From positions 192,001-256,000 of the forward strand of contig CBDCTZ010000011.1 of NCBI GenBank assembly GCA_965222375.1: a stretch of 64,000 nt of DNA, given 5' to 3'. Origin of the DNA: Polyangiaceae bacterium (GTDB lineage: Bacteria; Myxococcota_A; Polyangia; Polyangiales; Polyangiaceae). Below the pieces are notes generated by a model. The model saw only the letters and a program-made list of their open reading frames with translations, did no database searches and was not told where the DNA came from. Positions within the stretch are counted from its first letter, which is position 1; the number at the start of each line of letters is the position of its first letter. Positions 45,620-55,229 of this stretch are shown in pieces. Position numbers and translations under genes: made by a program.

Positions 45620-47581
45620 CTAGTTGCTGCACGCTCCCGCACCGTTGCACTTCTTCTGGCCCGGGCATTCGCCGCCCGGGTTCTGCCCCGCGGGCACGGG
45701 GCTGCAGGTGCCCTGCTTGCCACTCACGTTGCAAGCCATGCAGAGCCCCGTGCACGTTGTATTGCAGCAGTACCCGTCGACACAGAGATTGCCGGCGCAA
45801 TCGCTGGCCTCATTGCAGCGTTTGCCATTGGCACATTTGGCGCACCCCCCTCCGCCGCCGCAGTCCGTATCCGTTTCGGTGCCGTTCTTGAGCCCGTCGG
45901 AGCAGGTCTGGCATTTGCCGCCAGAGCAGACGTAGGAGCCCGAGCACGTCGTCGGAGGCGTCGTCAGACACGAGCCTGTACCGTTGCAGGTATCCGCAGG
46001 GTTTTCACTGTTGCCGATGCATGAGGCCGCGCCACAGATGGTGCCGGAAGGATGGAACGCGCACGCGCCGTTGCTGCACATGCCCGTCGTGCCACAGGTG
46101 CTTGAGGAAGTCGCGGTGCACTCGGAGTCCGGGTCTGTGTTGCTCTTCACGTTGGCACAGGTGCCCGTGGTCTGCCCCGTCTTGATCGAGGTGCATGCCT
46201 CGCATTTGCCGCTGCACGCCTTGTCACAGCAAACGCCGTCCGCGCAGAAGCCCGTGGTGCAATCCGAGCCTGCCAGGCACTTCTTGCCTGAAGTGCACTT
46301 TGGACAGACGGTGCCGCCGCAGTCCACATCGGTTTCCCCGCTGCTCTTGAAGCCGTTCTTGCAGCTGCACTTCCCCCCGGAGCAGACGTCCCCGGGCGTG
46401 CAGGTGCCGCAATTAAGCGTGGTGCCGCAGCCGTCGCTGTAACTCCCACAGGTCCGACCTGCCGCCGCGCAGGTGGTGGGCGTACAGCAGGTGCCGCTGC
46501 TGGTGCAGGTCTTCCCGCTGCCACAGGGCGTCCCCGCTGGGAGCTTGGGGTGCGAGGGCGAGGTGCCGACGCACTTGTCCTCAGTGCACGGGTTGTTGTC
46601 GTCGTTGATGTCCGTAGGGTCGGGCTCGTTGGTCGTGCTGCCGCTGCCGTTGCAGACCAGGGTGCGGCAGTCCCCGGCGCTCTGCTTGCTCGCGGGCAAG
46701 GGCGTTCCGGCGGCAACGTTGTTCTTCACACACGCGCCAGATTTGCAAGCCGGTGTCCAGCAATCGCTGGTCGCGGTCGCCGAGCAGTCCGCGTCGCTCG
46801 AGCAGTCGACGCATTTGCCTGCGCCGTCACAAATTCGCACCGCCTCGCAACTGGTGCCCTTCGACAACGGTTCGTTCACTGGGACACCCTTGTTGCAGAC
46901 ATCGTCGGTGCACTCGTTGCCGTCCTCGGGCACGTCGAAGGGATCCTCGACCTTCTCGTCCTTGCCTTCGACGCAGCGCTGCTCGTGGCAGTCGCCGGTG
47001 ACCTGGGATGCGCCTGGCGTCGGCATGCCACTCAGACCAGAGTGGCTGCATTCGCCTTTGCCATCACAACCCGGCTTGGCGCACGGCAGGCAGGCGTCGT
47101 CGGTGCAGGGGTTGAGGTCGTCACACTGGGTCGCCTCGTTGGACGAAGTGCATAGCACCAAGCAGCTGCCGAAACTGCACGTGCCATTGCCCTTTCCGAC
47201 CTTGCACTTGGTGCCTGTCAGCAAGGGTTTGTGGATGGGAATCCCGTTCTCACAGGTGTCCAAGGTGCACGGTTCGTCATCGTCGACGACATCGCCATTG
47301 TCGACCACCTGACTGGCGACGCCCCTCTTGCAAACCGTGCGGCTGCAGTCGCCTTCAGTCTGCTCTTTGGCGTCGCCATCGGGTGCCGCCTCGAAAACAC
47401 ATCTCGTGTCCTCGCAGGTGGCCGTCGAACACGGATTCCCGTTGTCGCACTCGGCGTTGACGGTGCACTCCCGTCCCGCGTCGGCACCACCGGATCCACC
47501 ACCGTCGCCAGAACCCCCGCAGCTAGCAAGCTGCAACCCAAAGAACCCCGAAAGCGCAATAAGCGCGAGCACTCGCCGCAT
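45620..47581 (-). CDS. Cys-rich repeat lipoprotein
   Basis: LASC lipobox; DDxNPCTxDxC, ETDVDCGG and CxDGxCC repeats. Confidence 0.85.
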   Translation of the reverse strand: MRRVLALIALSGFFGLQLASCGGSGDGGGSGGADAGRECTVNAECDNGNPCSTATCEDTRCVFEAAPDGDAKEQTEGDCSRTVCKRGVASQVVDNGDVVDDDEPCTLDTCENGIPIHKPLLTGTKCKVGKGNGTCSFGSCLVLCTSSNEATQCDDLNPCTDDACLPCAKPGCDGKGECSHSGLSGMPTPGASQVTGDCHEQRCVEGKDEKVEDPFDVPEDGNECTDDVCNKGVPVNEPLSKGTSCEAVRICDGAGKCVDCSSDADCSATATSDCWTPACKSGACVKNNVAAGTPLPASKQSAGDCRTLVCNGSGSTTNEPDPTDINDDNNPCTEDKCVGTSPSHPKLPAGTPCGSGKTCTSSGTCCTPTTCAAAGRTCGSYSDGCGTTLNCGTCTPGDVCSGGKCSCKNGFKSSGETDVDCGGTVCPKCTSGKKCLAGSDCTTGFCADGVCCDKACSGKCEACTSIKTGQTTGTCANVKSNTDPDSECTATSSSTCGTTGMCSNGACAFHPSGTICGAASCIGNSENPADTCNGTGSCLTTPPTTCSGSYVCSGGKCQTCSDGLKNGTETDTDCGGGGGCAKCANGKRCNEASDCAGNLCVDGYCCNTTCTGLCMACNVSGKQGTCSPVPAGQNPGGECPGQKKCNGAGACSN

Positions 47582-47807
47582 GATGCAAGCATATCTTGGC
47601 GTTGAGCCAATCGCCAAGCGTGTGCAACGCAGTCATTCAGGGGAGTCCCAGGCGAGACGCATCACTTGCCTACATGTGCTTACAGAACATCCGGTGGTCT
47701 TCACAGCGTCGGGAAGATCACGCTCGGGGAACGAGTATCACTTCATGTATGAGCACGGGTGTGGGGCGCGCTAGCGTGCGTTCAGCGGGCGAAGTGAGCG
47801 GAAGACG

Positions 47808-48548
47808 CTACTTGCTCTCGCAGAACATGCGATTGCCGATGCGGAGGGAACATGCGCGTCCTTGGCCGCAGTCGGTGTCGCGGGTGCACGCATTTGTCCC
47901 GGCTCCCGATTTGATGCCAGGCAAGAAGGCGGCGTATTGACTGCAGCCGCTAGGGGCAGAGGTGAGATCAGTGCAATCTAGCCAGCCGCAGGCATCACAG
48001 GTGGCGGCGAGCCTCACGCATCCGCCACCCTTGGGATCGCACTGCACGCGATCAGTTTCGTGCACCGCGCAGGCACAAACGGTGGCCTCTGCGGCCGGGC
48101 AAAGCGTCGACGTGTCACCGGAGTAGCTGGCGAGATCGTAGCTGGCTGGGCATCCGCAGCTTGGCTTGATGGTTAGCGCGGGGGAGCAGCGTTGCCAGCC
48201 GCCGCCGGGTTGGCTGAGCCAGTCGGCCCACGTGCCCGAGGGCGAGAGGTAGACCTCTTGCGTCGATAGGTTCTGAACGCAAACCTGATCGAACGTGATG
48301 AGCGTTCGCGGGGCGCAGCCGATGACGGTGCCGCCTTGTTCAATACAGGTTGCCGTCACTCGACTCGCGACCACCTCGCTGCATTCCGCGGGGCAGCTGG
48401 CGGCCATGGTTGGACAGTCCGGGCCCGAGTCCTGCTCCTCGGAGGGGCTCTGCTTCTGCTCGGTTGGGGACGCCGAGCTGGCACATGCACAGAGGCCAGC
48501 AGTGGCGGCGATGAACGCGAGGATGGGGGCAGCCAGCCGTAGATACAT
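47808..48548 (-). CDS. Cys-rich lipoprotein
   Basis: LCAC lipobox; many Cys; sigma54 promoter upstream. Confidence 0.72.
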   Translation of the reverse strand: MYLRLAAPILAFIAATAGLCACASSASPTEQKQSPSEEQDSGPDCPTMAASCPAECSEVVASRVTATCIEQGGTVIGCAPRTLITFDQVCVQNLSTQEVYLSPSGTWADWLSQPGGGWQRCSPALTIKPSCGCPASYDLASYSGDTSTLCPAAEATVCACAVHETDRVQCDPKGGGCVRLAATCDACGWLDCTDLTSAPSGCSQYAAFLPGIKSGAGTNACTRDTDCGQGRACSLRIGNRMFCESK

Positions 48549-48572
48549 GGTCTGCTCATTATGGTGGTGAGC

Positions 48573-48587
48573 GCAACCGACGTGCCA
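48573..48587 (-). promoter_or_regulatory. sigma54 -24/-12 promoter
   Basis: TGGCACGTCGGTTGC matches consensus TGGCACG-N4-TTGC. Confidence 0.8.
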
Positions 48588-48841
48588 TCGGAACCTCGTG
48601 CGCTACGGGTCAGGAACGAGCTGCAATACGGTGGCAAGCGCTACGCGTGGCCTCGCGCGGGAGTAGTGGCCCCGCGCCGCACCCACGCCGCGACCCAAAA
48701 CTAACAACCATACTCGACACATGCAGTAATTTCGCGTTTTCGTCATTGCTGGTCGTGCTGTGCCACCGGCATGTGCCACTGAAGGGCAGAAGTGTCCGAG
48801 TTTCCGCGAAAACGATCGCGTTGTCATCGGTGCACGAACGT

Positions 48842-48856
48842 TGGCACGGAGTATGC
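48842..48856 (+). promoter_or_regulatory. sigma54 -24/-12 promoter for the serpin gene
   Basis: TGGCACGGAGTATGC (GG-N10-GC); predicted +1 near 48868, ATG at 48871. Confidence 0.7.
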
Positions 48857-48870
48857 GAGTGCTTCTGGAT

Positions 48871-50166
48871 ATGCGCACACACACAATCGCCCTCTGCGGC
48901 GCCCTCATCGCGAGCGCTTTCGCTTGCAGCGGCTCGGATTCATCCGACCCCGCGCCTTCCGACGGGATCGAGCAGGCGAAGAGCGCCAAGCAGCGCCTGC
49001 CTGCGACTGCCGACTTGGCGTCAATCAAGACGCTCACCGGAAACAATACAGACTTCGCGTTCGACTTGCTGCGGGCCGCGAAACCTGACAGCAACTTGTT
49101 CTATTCGCCGCACAGCATTTCGATCGCCCTGGCGATGACCTATGCCGGTGCTGCGGGTGACACGAAAACCGAGATGAAGAAGACGTTGCGCTTCAATCAA
49201 TCGGACACCGACTTGCACGACGCGTTCAACGCCGTAGACCAGGAGTTGGAGTCTCGCGGACAGAACGCCAAAGGCGCCGATGGGCAGCCGTTCCGACTTC
49301 GCATCTCCAACGCAGCGTGGGCCCAGCAAGACTACGAGTTCTTGCCGAGCTATCTGGACGTGCTGGCCCAGAGCTACGGCGCGGGAATCAACCTGTTGGA
49401 CTTCATCTTGGATCCGGAGGTCTGCCGCACGACTATCAACGCGTGGGTGAGTCGACAGACTGAAGAGAAGATCCCCGAACTCCTTCCGCAGGGATCGATC
49501 AATACGGACACGCGACTCGTGCTGACGAACACGGTGTATTTCAATGCGTCCTGGGACACGCCTTTCGAACCCGAGGCCACAAAGGACGCCGAGTTCAGCC
49601 GACTGGATGGTTCGAAGGTGACCGTGCCGTTCATGGTCCAAACCGAAGCGCACCGCTACGCGGAGGGCTCCGGTTATAGAGCCGCCGAAATCCAATACGA
49701 TGGCGCGGAAGTGTCCATGCTGGTCGTGCTGCCGGATGCAGGGACCTTCGAGCAGTTCGAACAGTCTCTGAACGCACAGGGTATCGAGGCGGTCCTGGGT
49801 AGTCTGACTTCATCCAAGGAGGTGAACTTACACATGCCCAAGTTCGAGATGCGCACGAAGCTGCCCCTTGGGGGCACCCTGGCTCAAATGGGCATGCCCA
49901 CCGCGTTTTCTACGGCGGCAGACTTCTCGGCGATGAACGGCAGTGGCGGCCTGATGATTCAGGATGTGATCCACGAAGCCTTCGTGAAGGTGAACGAAGC
50001 GGGGACCGAGGCCGCCGCGGCGACGGCAGTCACCGTAGGCACCACGAGTGTGCCGGAGGTCGTCGAGCTGAAGCTGGATAGACCCTTCCTCTTTCTGATT
50101 CGCGATAACGAGACCGGGGCGAACGTATTCGTGGGGCGCATCGTCGACCCCAGCGCCAGCAGCTGA
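48871..50166 (+). CDS. Serpin family lipoprotein
   Basis: AFAC lipobox; NLFYSPHSI, LTNTVYFNASW, hinge EAGTEAAAAT, DRPFLFLI. Confidence 0.95.
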   Translation: MRTHTIALCGALIASAFACSGSDSSDPAPSDGIEQAKSAKQRLPATADLASIKTLTGNNTDFAFDLLRAAKPDSNLFYSPHSISIALAMTYAGAAGDTKTEMKKTLRFNQSDTDLHDAFNAVDQELESRGQNAKGADGQPFRLRISNAAWAQQDYEFLPSYLDVLAQSYGAGINLLDFILDPEVCRTTINAWVSRQTEEKIPELLPQGSINTDTRLVLTNTVYFNASWDTPFEPEATKDAEFSRLDGSKVTVPFMVQTEAHRYAEGSGYRAAEIQYDGAEVSMLVVLPDAGTFEQFEQSLNAQGIEAVLGSLTSSKEVNLHMPKFEMRTKLPLGGTLAQMGMPTAFSTAADFSAMNGSGGLMIQDVIHEAFVKVNEAGTEAAAATAVTVGTTSVPEVVELKLDRPFLFLIRDNETGANVFVGRIVDPSASS

Positions 50167-50276
50167 CACAAGTAAAATCCCCCGAGCGGCGCTAGCTGCA
50201 GTTGCGAGAGGGTGCTGCCGCGCGTACGCTTCCGCCGCTCGCGTCGGGTCGCGAGCGCCCGCCTCTGGAGGCCAGA

Positions 50277-52550
50277 ATGCGAACGGTCCGCCTGATTGCT
50301 GCCTTTTTGCTCGCTAGTGGTGTTGCTGCCGCCGCAGCGCCGGCTCCCACGAACATCCATCGTGGTCCCTTTCAGCCCGTTGCAGTGAGCAGCCTGCAGG
50401 ACGCGGCGCTGTCGGTCCTGAAGTCTGCGACGCCGGCCGCGAAGCACGTCGTGCTCAAGCACGCGGACACCAGCCAAGCGGTGGGCAGGCGCCAAGCGGT
50501 GCGCTTTCAGCAAATGCATCAAGGCGTCCCCGTCGTCTTCCGTGGCGGCGGCGTGGTGATGAGCGCCAAGGGCAAAGTGGACTTCGCTGTGTCTCGACTG
50601 GAAACCAACTTGCCCGGCGTGCAAGCGACTCTGACCGCGAGCGCTGCTGCCGCCAAGGTCGCCAAGTGGTCGGGGCTCAGCGCTGGGCCCGCGGACGCGC
50701 GCCTGGCTATCTATCCGCTTTCGTCGGGCCCTCGCCTGTCCTGGATTGTGTACCCGAGCGGGCGCCTGCCCGGGGTGCCCTACGCGCCGGTTTACATCGT
50801 GGATGCCAACAGTGGCGAGCGGCTGGCCACCTGGAATGCAGCTCGGTTCGCCAAGGGGCGGGTGTACGAGGAAAACCCCATTAAGAGCAAGACTGTCACC
50901 GACGTGGACTTGGCTCTCGCGCCCGGGGCACTGACGCTGGAAAACCCTCGAGTCAAGGCGCTCAACTGCGTCGACAACAAGGCGGTCAAGTCGATCAACA
51001 TCGGCCTCACCATCAACGTGCACGTCTGCGATCTGGAACAGCTAGCCGTTCCAGACACCAACGGTGATTTCCTCTACGATCCGCCGGCTGCGGACCTGAC
51101 GCCGGAAGACGAGTTCAGCGAAGTGCAGATCTTCTTCCACACCACGAAGGCCTACGCATACTTCGAAGGTCTCGGCATGACGGACCTGGCCACCAAGCCG
51201 CTGCCAGCCGTTGCGAACCTGATGTTGCCAGACGGGTTCCAGACTCAGGATCTGACGAAGATGGCGAATCCAGACCTGCCCTTCGTGCCGTTCTCGAATG
51301 CGTTCTTCGCGCCGGCCAATCCAATCTTCTCCGCAGTCTTCGGCCTGCCGGGAGCGGCCATGTGGTTCGGGCAAGGGCCGAAAGCTGATTTCTCCTACGA
51401 CGGCGACGTCGTGTATCACGAGTTTGGTCACGCCGTGGTCGACCACACGCTGAAACTAGTGGGCACCTATCACGCGGACGAGCAAGGCTTGGTTTCGTCG
51501 CCCGGCGCCTTGAACGAGGGCTTGGCGGACTATTTCGCTGCGGCCATCACTGGTGATCCAAAAATGGGTGAGTACGCTTCCACGGATCTCGCGCCGGGGC
51601 TCACCTCGATTCGTGACCTCTCGAATACCGAGACCTGTCCCCAGCACCTCTCCGGGGAGGTGCATGCGGATTCCAAGTTTTGGACTGCAGGCCTGTGGAA
51701 GGTCCGCGAAACCTTGGCGGCGGCAGATCAGGACAAGATGGACAAGGCGATCTTCGACGTAATGGCCGCAGCACCAGGCGGCGACCTCGGATTTGAAGAA
51801 CTGACGAATTTGATCATCACTTCCGTGAAGACAGGTGTGAGTAGTCAGGCTGCCGACGCCCTGACCAAGGAGCTGACCGACCGGGGTGCTCTTCCGGCTT
51901 GCGAGCGAGTGCTCGAGTACAGCGGCACGCCGATCAACTCGGGTGCCGGCTCATTGGCTGGGACTTTTTGGGCGCCGGGCAAGCAGGACAGTTCCATCCA
52001 GGGAGCGCCCTACGCGCCGGGCGTGATGCAGTTCAAGGTTCCGGTTCCCGCGGCCACGGAAATGACGGTTTCCTTCACCCAAGTTCAGACGGGGGGCACG
52101 GGTGGCGGCATCTTCGGCGGAGGCAACCCCTTTGCGCCCAGTGTGGTCGTGCGATTCGGAGACGAGCCCATCAAGTTTGCTTATTCGCCAGCTTTCGCAG
52201 CGACGGCAGACGTGACCCTGGAGGCTCCCATCGCTGCCGGCTCGGGCAGTGCTACCGTGCCGGTTCCTGCGGGGGCGACCAATGCCTACGTGATGATCGT
52301 GAACACTGGCGACGTCAGTGGCGGCTACCGCAGCGTGGACTTCGGCTTCAGCGGTACGCCCGATGCCGGCACCGGCGCGGATGCCGGGGCGGACGCGGGC
52401 GCGGATGCTGGACCGACGCCGAAATCCGACGACTCCGGCGATGACGACGGCTGCGGCTGCCGGACCGCGGGTCAAGATAGCGGCGGCCCCTGGTGGCTGG
52501 GCGCATCTCTGCTTTCCGCGCTGTTCTTGCGCCGGCGAAACCGGCGCTGA
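50277..52550 (+). CDS. M4/M36 zinc metallopeptidase with propeptide and MYXO-CTERM-like tail
   Basis: RBS GGAGG; RFQQMHQGVPV propeptide; HEFGH, NEGLAD, GEVH; GCGCR...LFLRRR. Confidence 0.9.
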   Translation: MRTVRLIAAFLLASGVAAAAAPAPTNIHRGPFQPVAVSSLQDAALSVLKSATPAAKHVVLKHADTSQAVGRRQAVRFQQMHQGVPVVFRGGGVVMSAKGKVDFAVSRLETNLPGVQATLTASAAAAKVAKWSGLSAGPADARLAIYPLSSGPRLSWIVYPSGRLPGVPYAPVYIVDANSGERLATWNAARFAKGRVYEENPIKSKTVTDVDLALAPGALTLENPRVKALNCVDNKAVKSINIGLTINVHVCDLEQLAVPDTNGDFLYDPPAADLTPEDEFSEVQIFFHTTKAYAYFEGLGMTDLATKPLPAVANLMLPDGFQTQDLTKMANPDLPFVPFSNAFFAPANPIFSAVFGLPGAAMWFGQGPKADFSYDGDVVYHEFGHAVVDHTLKLVGTYHADEQGLVSSPGALNEGLADYFAAAITGDPKMGEYASTDLAPGLTSIRDLSNTETCPQHLSGEVHADSKFWTAGLWKVRETLAAADQDKMDKAIFDVMAAAPGGDLGFEELTNLIITSVKTGVSSQAADALTKELTDRGALPACERVLEYSGTPINSGAGSLAGTFWAPGKQDSSIQGAPYAPGVMQFKVPVPAATEMTVSFTQVQTGGTGGGIFGGGNPFAPSVVVRFGDEPIKFAYSPAFAATADVTLEAPIAAGSGSATVPVPAGATNAYVMIVNTGDVSGGYRSVDFGFSGTPDAGTGADAGADAGADAGPTPKSDDSGDDDGCGCRTAGQDSGGPWWLGASLLSALFLRRRNRR

Positions 52551-52612
52551 TCCCCCGGGGTCCGCAAGTCGAGGCTACTTCCGTGACGTAGATGAGCTAG
52601 CCTGCTGGGCCA

Positions 52613-53578
52613 ATGCGCGCGTCCCCCGTTGTCGTCGGAGCGGCGGTGCTCATCGCCGCCATGGGGGAAGCGCATGCGAGAGCGCCCGAGGCTCTCGGTG
52701 CCCTGCGCCCCGAGAGCGCGGCGACGGATGACGGCGAGTTTACTGACGCCGAGGCGCCCGCGGGTGCGTTTTTCCCGCAGGCAGATCGCAGCCGTGCCCG
52801 CCTGCGCTGGACTTGGCGGCGTTTTTCCACCGCCGAATATGTGGCCACCGGAGCGATTGCCGCGCTAGCCGTCGCGTCCCACGTGGTGAGCCCGTCGCCG
52901 GGCCGCTGGCGCGGGGGTGTGCTGTGGGACGAGGACGTTCGGAGTTCGCTTCGGTTGGGAACCCTGCACGAGCGCCGACAAGCACGCGACGTGAGCGACG
53001 TGCTGCTCGCGCTGACTGTGAGCTATCCGATCTTGGTGGATGGCGTGCTCGCGGCCAATTGGTATTACGAGAGCCCGGATGTCGCGGAGCAGATCATTCT
53101 GATCAGCACCGAGACTTTGGCCATTACGGCTGCGGTTCATGGCGTGGTGGCGACGAGTGTCAGCCGAGAGCGACCCTACGGTCGCGACTGCGGTGGTGAA
53201 CTCGGCGAGGAGTCCCGGGACTGCACTCGAAGCAGCCGCGACCGCAGCTTCTTCAGCGGGCACTCCAGTTTGGCCTTCGCGGGGGCCAGCCTGGTGTGCA
53301 TCCATCGTGCGTACTTGCCTCTGCACGGTGGAGGCGCGGCCGATGCCGCCACCTGCGCGACCGCCTATGCTGCAGCGGCCACCACAGCCAGCCTGAGGGT
53401 CGTGAGCGACGTGCACTACAGCACGGACGTACTCGCCGGTGCGGCGTGGGGAACGCTCGCGGGCCTCACGCTGCCGTGGTTGCTGCACTATCGCCACGGC
53501 GCCGACAAGAAGAAGTCGGACGTGGGGACCTATTTGGTGCCCTATCCTGGTGGGGTTGCTTTTGGAGGGCATTTCTGA
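52613..53578 (+). CDS. PAP2 phosphatase family protein
   Basis: RERP, SFFSGHSS, LRVVSDVHYSTDV. Confidence 0.88.
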   Translation: MRASPVVVGAAVLIAAMGEAHARAPEALGALRPESAATDDGEFTDAEAPAGAFFPQADRSRARLRWTWRRFSTAEYVATGAIAALAVASHVVSPSPGRWRGGVLWDEDVRSSLRLGTLHERRQARDVSDVLLALTVSYPILVDGVLAANWYYESPDVAEQIILISTETLAITAAVHGVVATSVSRERPYGRDCGGELGEESRDCTRSSRDRSFFSGHSSLAFAGASLVCIHRAYLPLHGGGAADAATCATAYAAAATTASLRVVSDVHYSTDVLAGAAWGTLAGLTLPWLLHYRHGADKKKSDVGTYLVPYPGGVAFGGHF

Positions 53579-54489
53579 TGGCGCTGCGCGCGGTCGGCCC
53601 TCTGGTCGCACTTAGCGTCTCGGCCGCAGTCGTGCTGTGGTCGGGGGCCGCGGGAGCTATCGACTCACCGGAAGTGCTGCCGTCGCCGACCCCACCCTCC
53701 GGCGCCAGCGGTATCGACCGCTCGTCACTTCAGCCCTATTGGTCTCGGGGGGAGCCCGGCTTCTTCGCTGCCGGGACCTTAGAACTCGGCTGGGCCTACG
53801 CACGTCCGCGCCTGGCCGTGGGTTGGGGGCGACCGTTCTACCGCCACCTGTCGCTCGAGGCCCAGCCGCTGATTTCACCTAACGGTGCAGGCGGCTACCT
53901 CGGCGCGAAGGGAGCGGTGCCTTTCTTGGAATTGCGATCGGGGTTGCGCTACTTCGCGCCTTTCGACCGATCCCTGCTCACTCCTCGGGTGTCCTACCAA
54001 CGGGTGGACATTGAAGAGAGGGATGGACCTGGTGCGGCACACACTGTTGTTGAAGCGGAGATGGCCGGCGCTGTCCCGCTTCCCGGCGGTGGCCCCTTCT
54101 GGGTGCTGTCCGTCTACCACGTTCCAGGTTTGCAGCAGGGGTTCTACCTCTATGAGGAGTCTCTGAAAATGGTGATCAAGCCCCCGTGGGTTTGGCGCGC
54201 TCGTTTCGGCTATGGCGTACACTTCGGCAAAGATGACGCGATCGGTGTTGGTGTTGCGGAAGAAGTGATCGTCAACCCCGGGCGGCGGGAGCATGTGCTT
54301 CGAGCAGGGGTCGTGGGCAGCGTTCAGATCAGCGATAACGTCGATGTACAGGCCACCTTCTTGCCAGTGATCAGCAGTCCGGATCATATCGGCTTGGCAG
54401 GAGCGGACTTTGGACATCTTGGGATCCGCTGGCGCTTCGCGACCCAGGCATCCAAGCGCAACGAGCGCCAGCGCCGCTTCGCTGAATAG
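53578..54489 (+). CDS. Hypothetical secreted or outer-membrane protein
   Basis: TGATG overlap with the PAP2 gene; signal peptide; beta-strand pattern ending LGIRWRF. Confidence 0.7.
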   Translation: MALRAVGPLVALSVSAAVVLWSGAAGAIDSPEVLPSPTPPSGASGIDRSSLQPYWSRGEPGFFAAGTLELGWAYARPRLAVGWGRPFYRHLSLEAQPLISPNGAGGYLGAKGAVPFLELRSGLRYFAPFDRSLLTPRVSYQRVDIEERDGPGAAHTVVEAEMAGAVPLPGGGPFWVLSVYHVPGLQQGFYLYEESLKMVIKPPWVWRARFGYGVHFGKDDAIGVGVAEEVIVNPGRREHVLRAGVVGSVQISDNVDVQATFLPVISSPDHIGLAGADFGHLGIRWRFATQASKRNERQRRFAE

Positions 54490-54548
54490 GGCGCGGCTCG
54501 GGCGCTGGCGGGCTCGCTGAGGCCGGCAGGAAGTGGCGCGTTGACGGG

Positions 54549-55217
54549 CTAGCCGAGGGCCGCGGAAAGCCGCGCTCCGGCGTCCTGCTCCACGATGTCG
54601 CCATGGCCCATGATGATGCGCTGGGCGGGCCAGGCGCAGATGCGCTCCAGGGACTCTGCAAAGGCGGCCTTGTCCTTGACCAGGAAGTTCCACAGCCGGC
54701 TCTTGGCAAAGCCGCCCCGGGTGCCGGCCACCCGGAGCATTAGCCCCGTCGCCAGCGTCGGAACGTCCGTGACGTTGAAAACTAGATCGCCAATGATCAC
54801 GCTGCCCGAGGGTCGGTGCAAAAAGACGGACTCGTTCATCTTGGGCGCGCCGACCACCTGAACTTCCTCGAAGTCAGATAGCTCCGGAGGCAGCCGCCCG
54901 CTCAGCTCTGCCGCCACCGATAGGCCTGGCCGCTTCTTGGCGAGCCCGGGAGCAGCCAGTAGCTGTGCGTCGGGAAACCGCTGCAACGTCGGCTTGAGAT
55001 GCACATGGTGATACAGATTCGGCGCGACCACCCAGCGCACTTTTCCCAACGCGCCAACTGCCTCGGCCCACTCTTGCTTCAGGGACACTGGCGAGTGGAG
55101 TAAGACGTTACCACTGCCGGTCCGCACGACGGTCATGCGGATCGGCAGATAGACGCCCGGCGCCATGCGCATGGGCTCAGTGACGTGCCAGATGTTATCA
55201 ACGACTGGCTCGAGCAT
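54549..55217 (-). CDS. DUF4336-like protein
   Basis: RMTVVR, LHSPV, VAPNLYHH, ESVFLHRPS, IIMGHG. Confidence 0.85.
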   Translation of the reverse strand: MLEPVVDNIWHVTEPMRMAPGVYLPIRMTVVRTGSGNVLLHSPVSLKQEWAEAVGALGKVRWVVAPNLYHHVHLKPTLQRFPDAQLLAAPGLAKKRPGLSVAAELSGRLPPELSDFEEVQVVGAPKMNESVFLHRPSGSVIIGDLVFNVTDVPTLATGLMLRVAGTRGGFAKSRLWNFLVKDKAAFAESLERICAWPAQRIIMGHGDIVEQDAGARLSAALG

Positions 55218-55229
55218 GGGGGGTGACCC

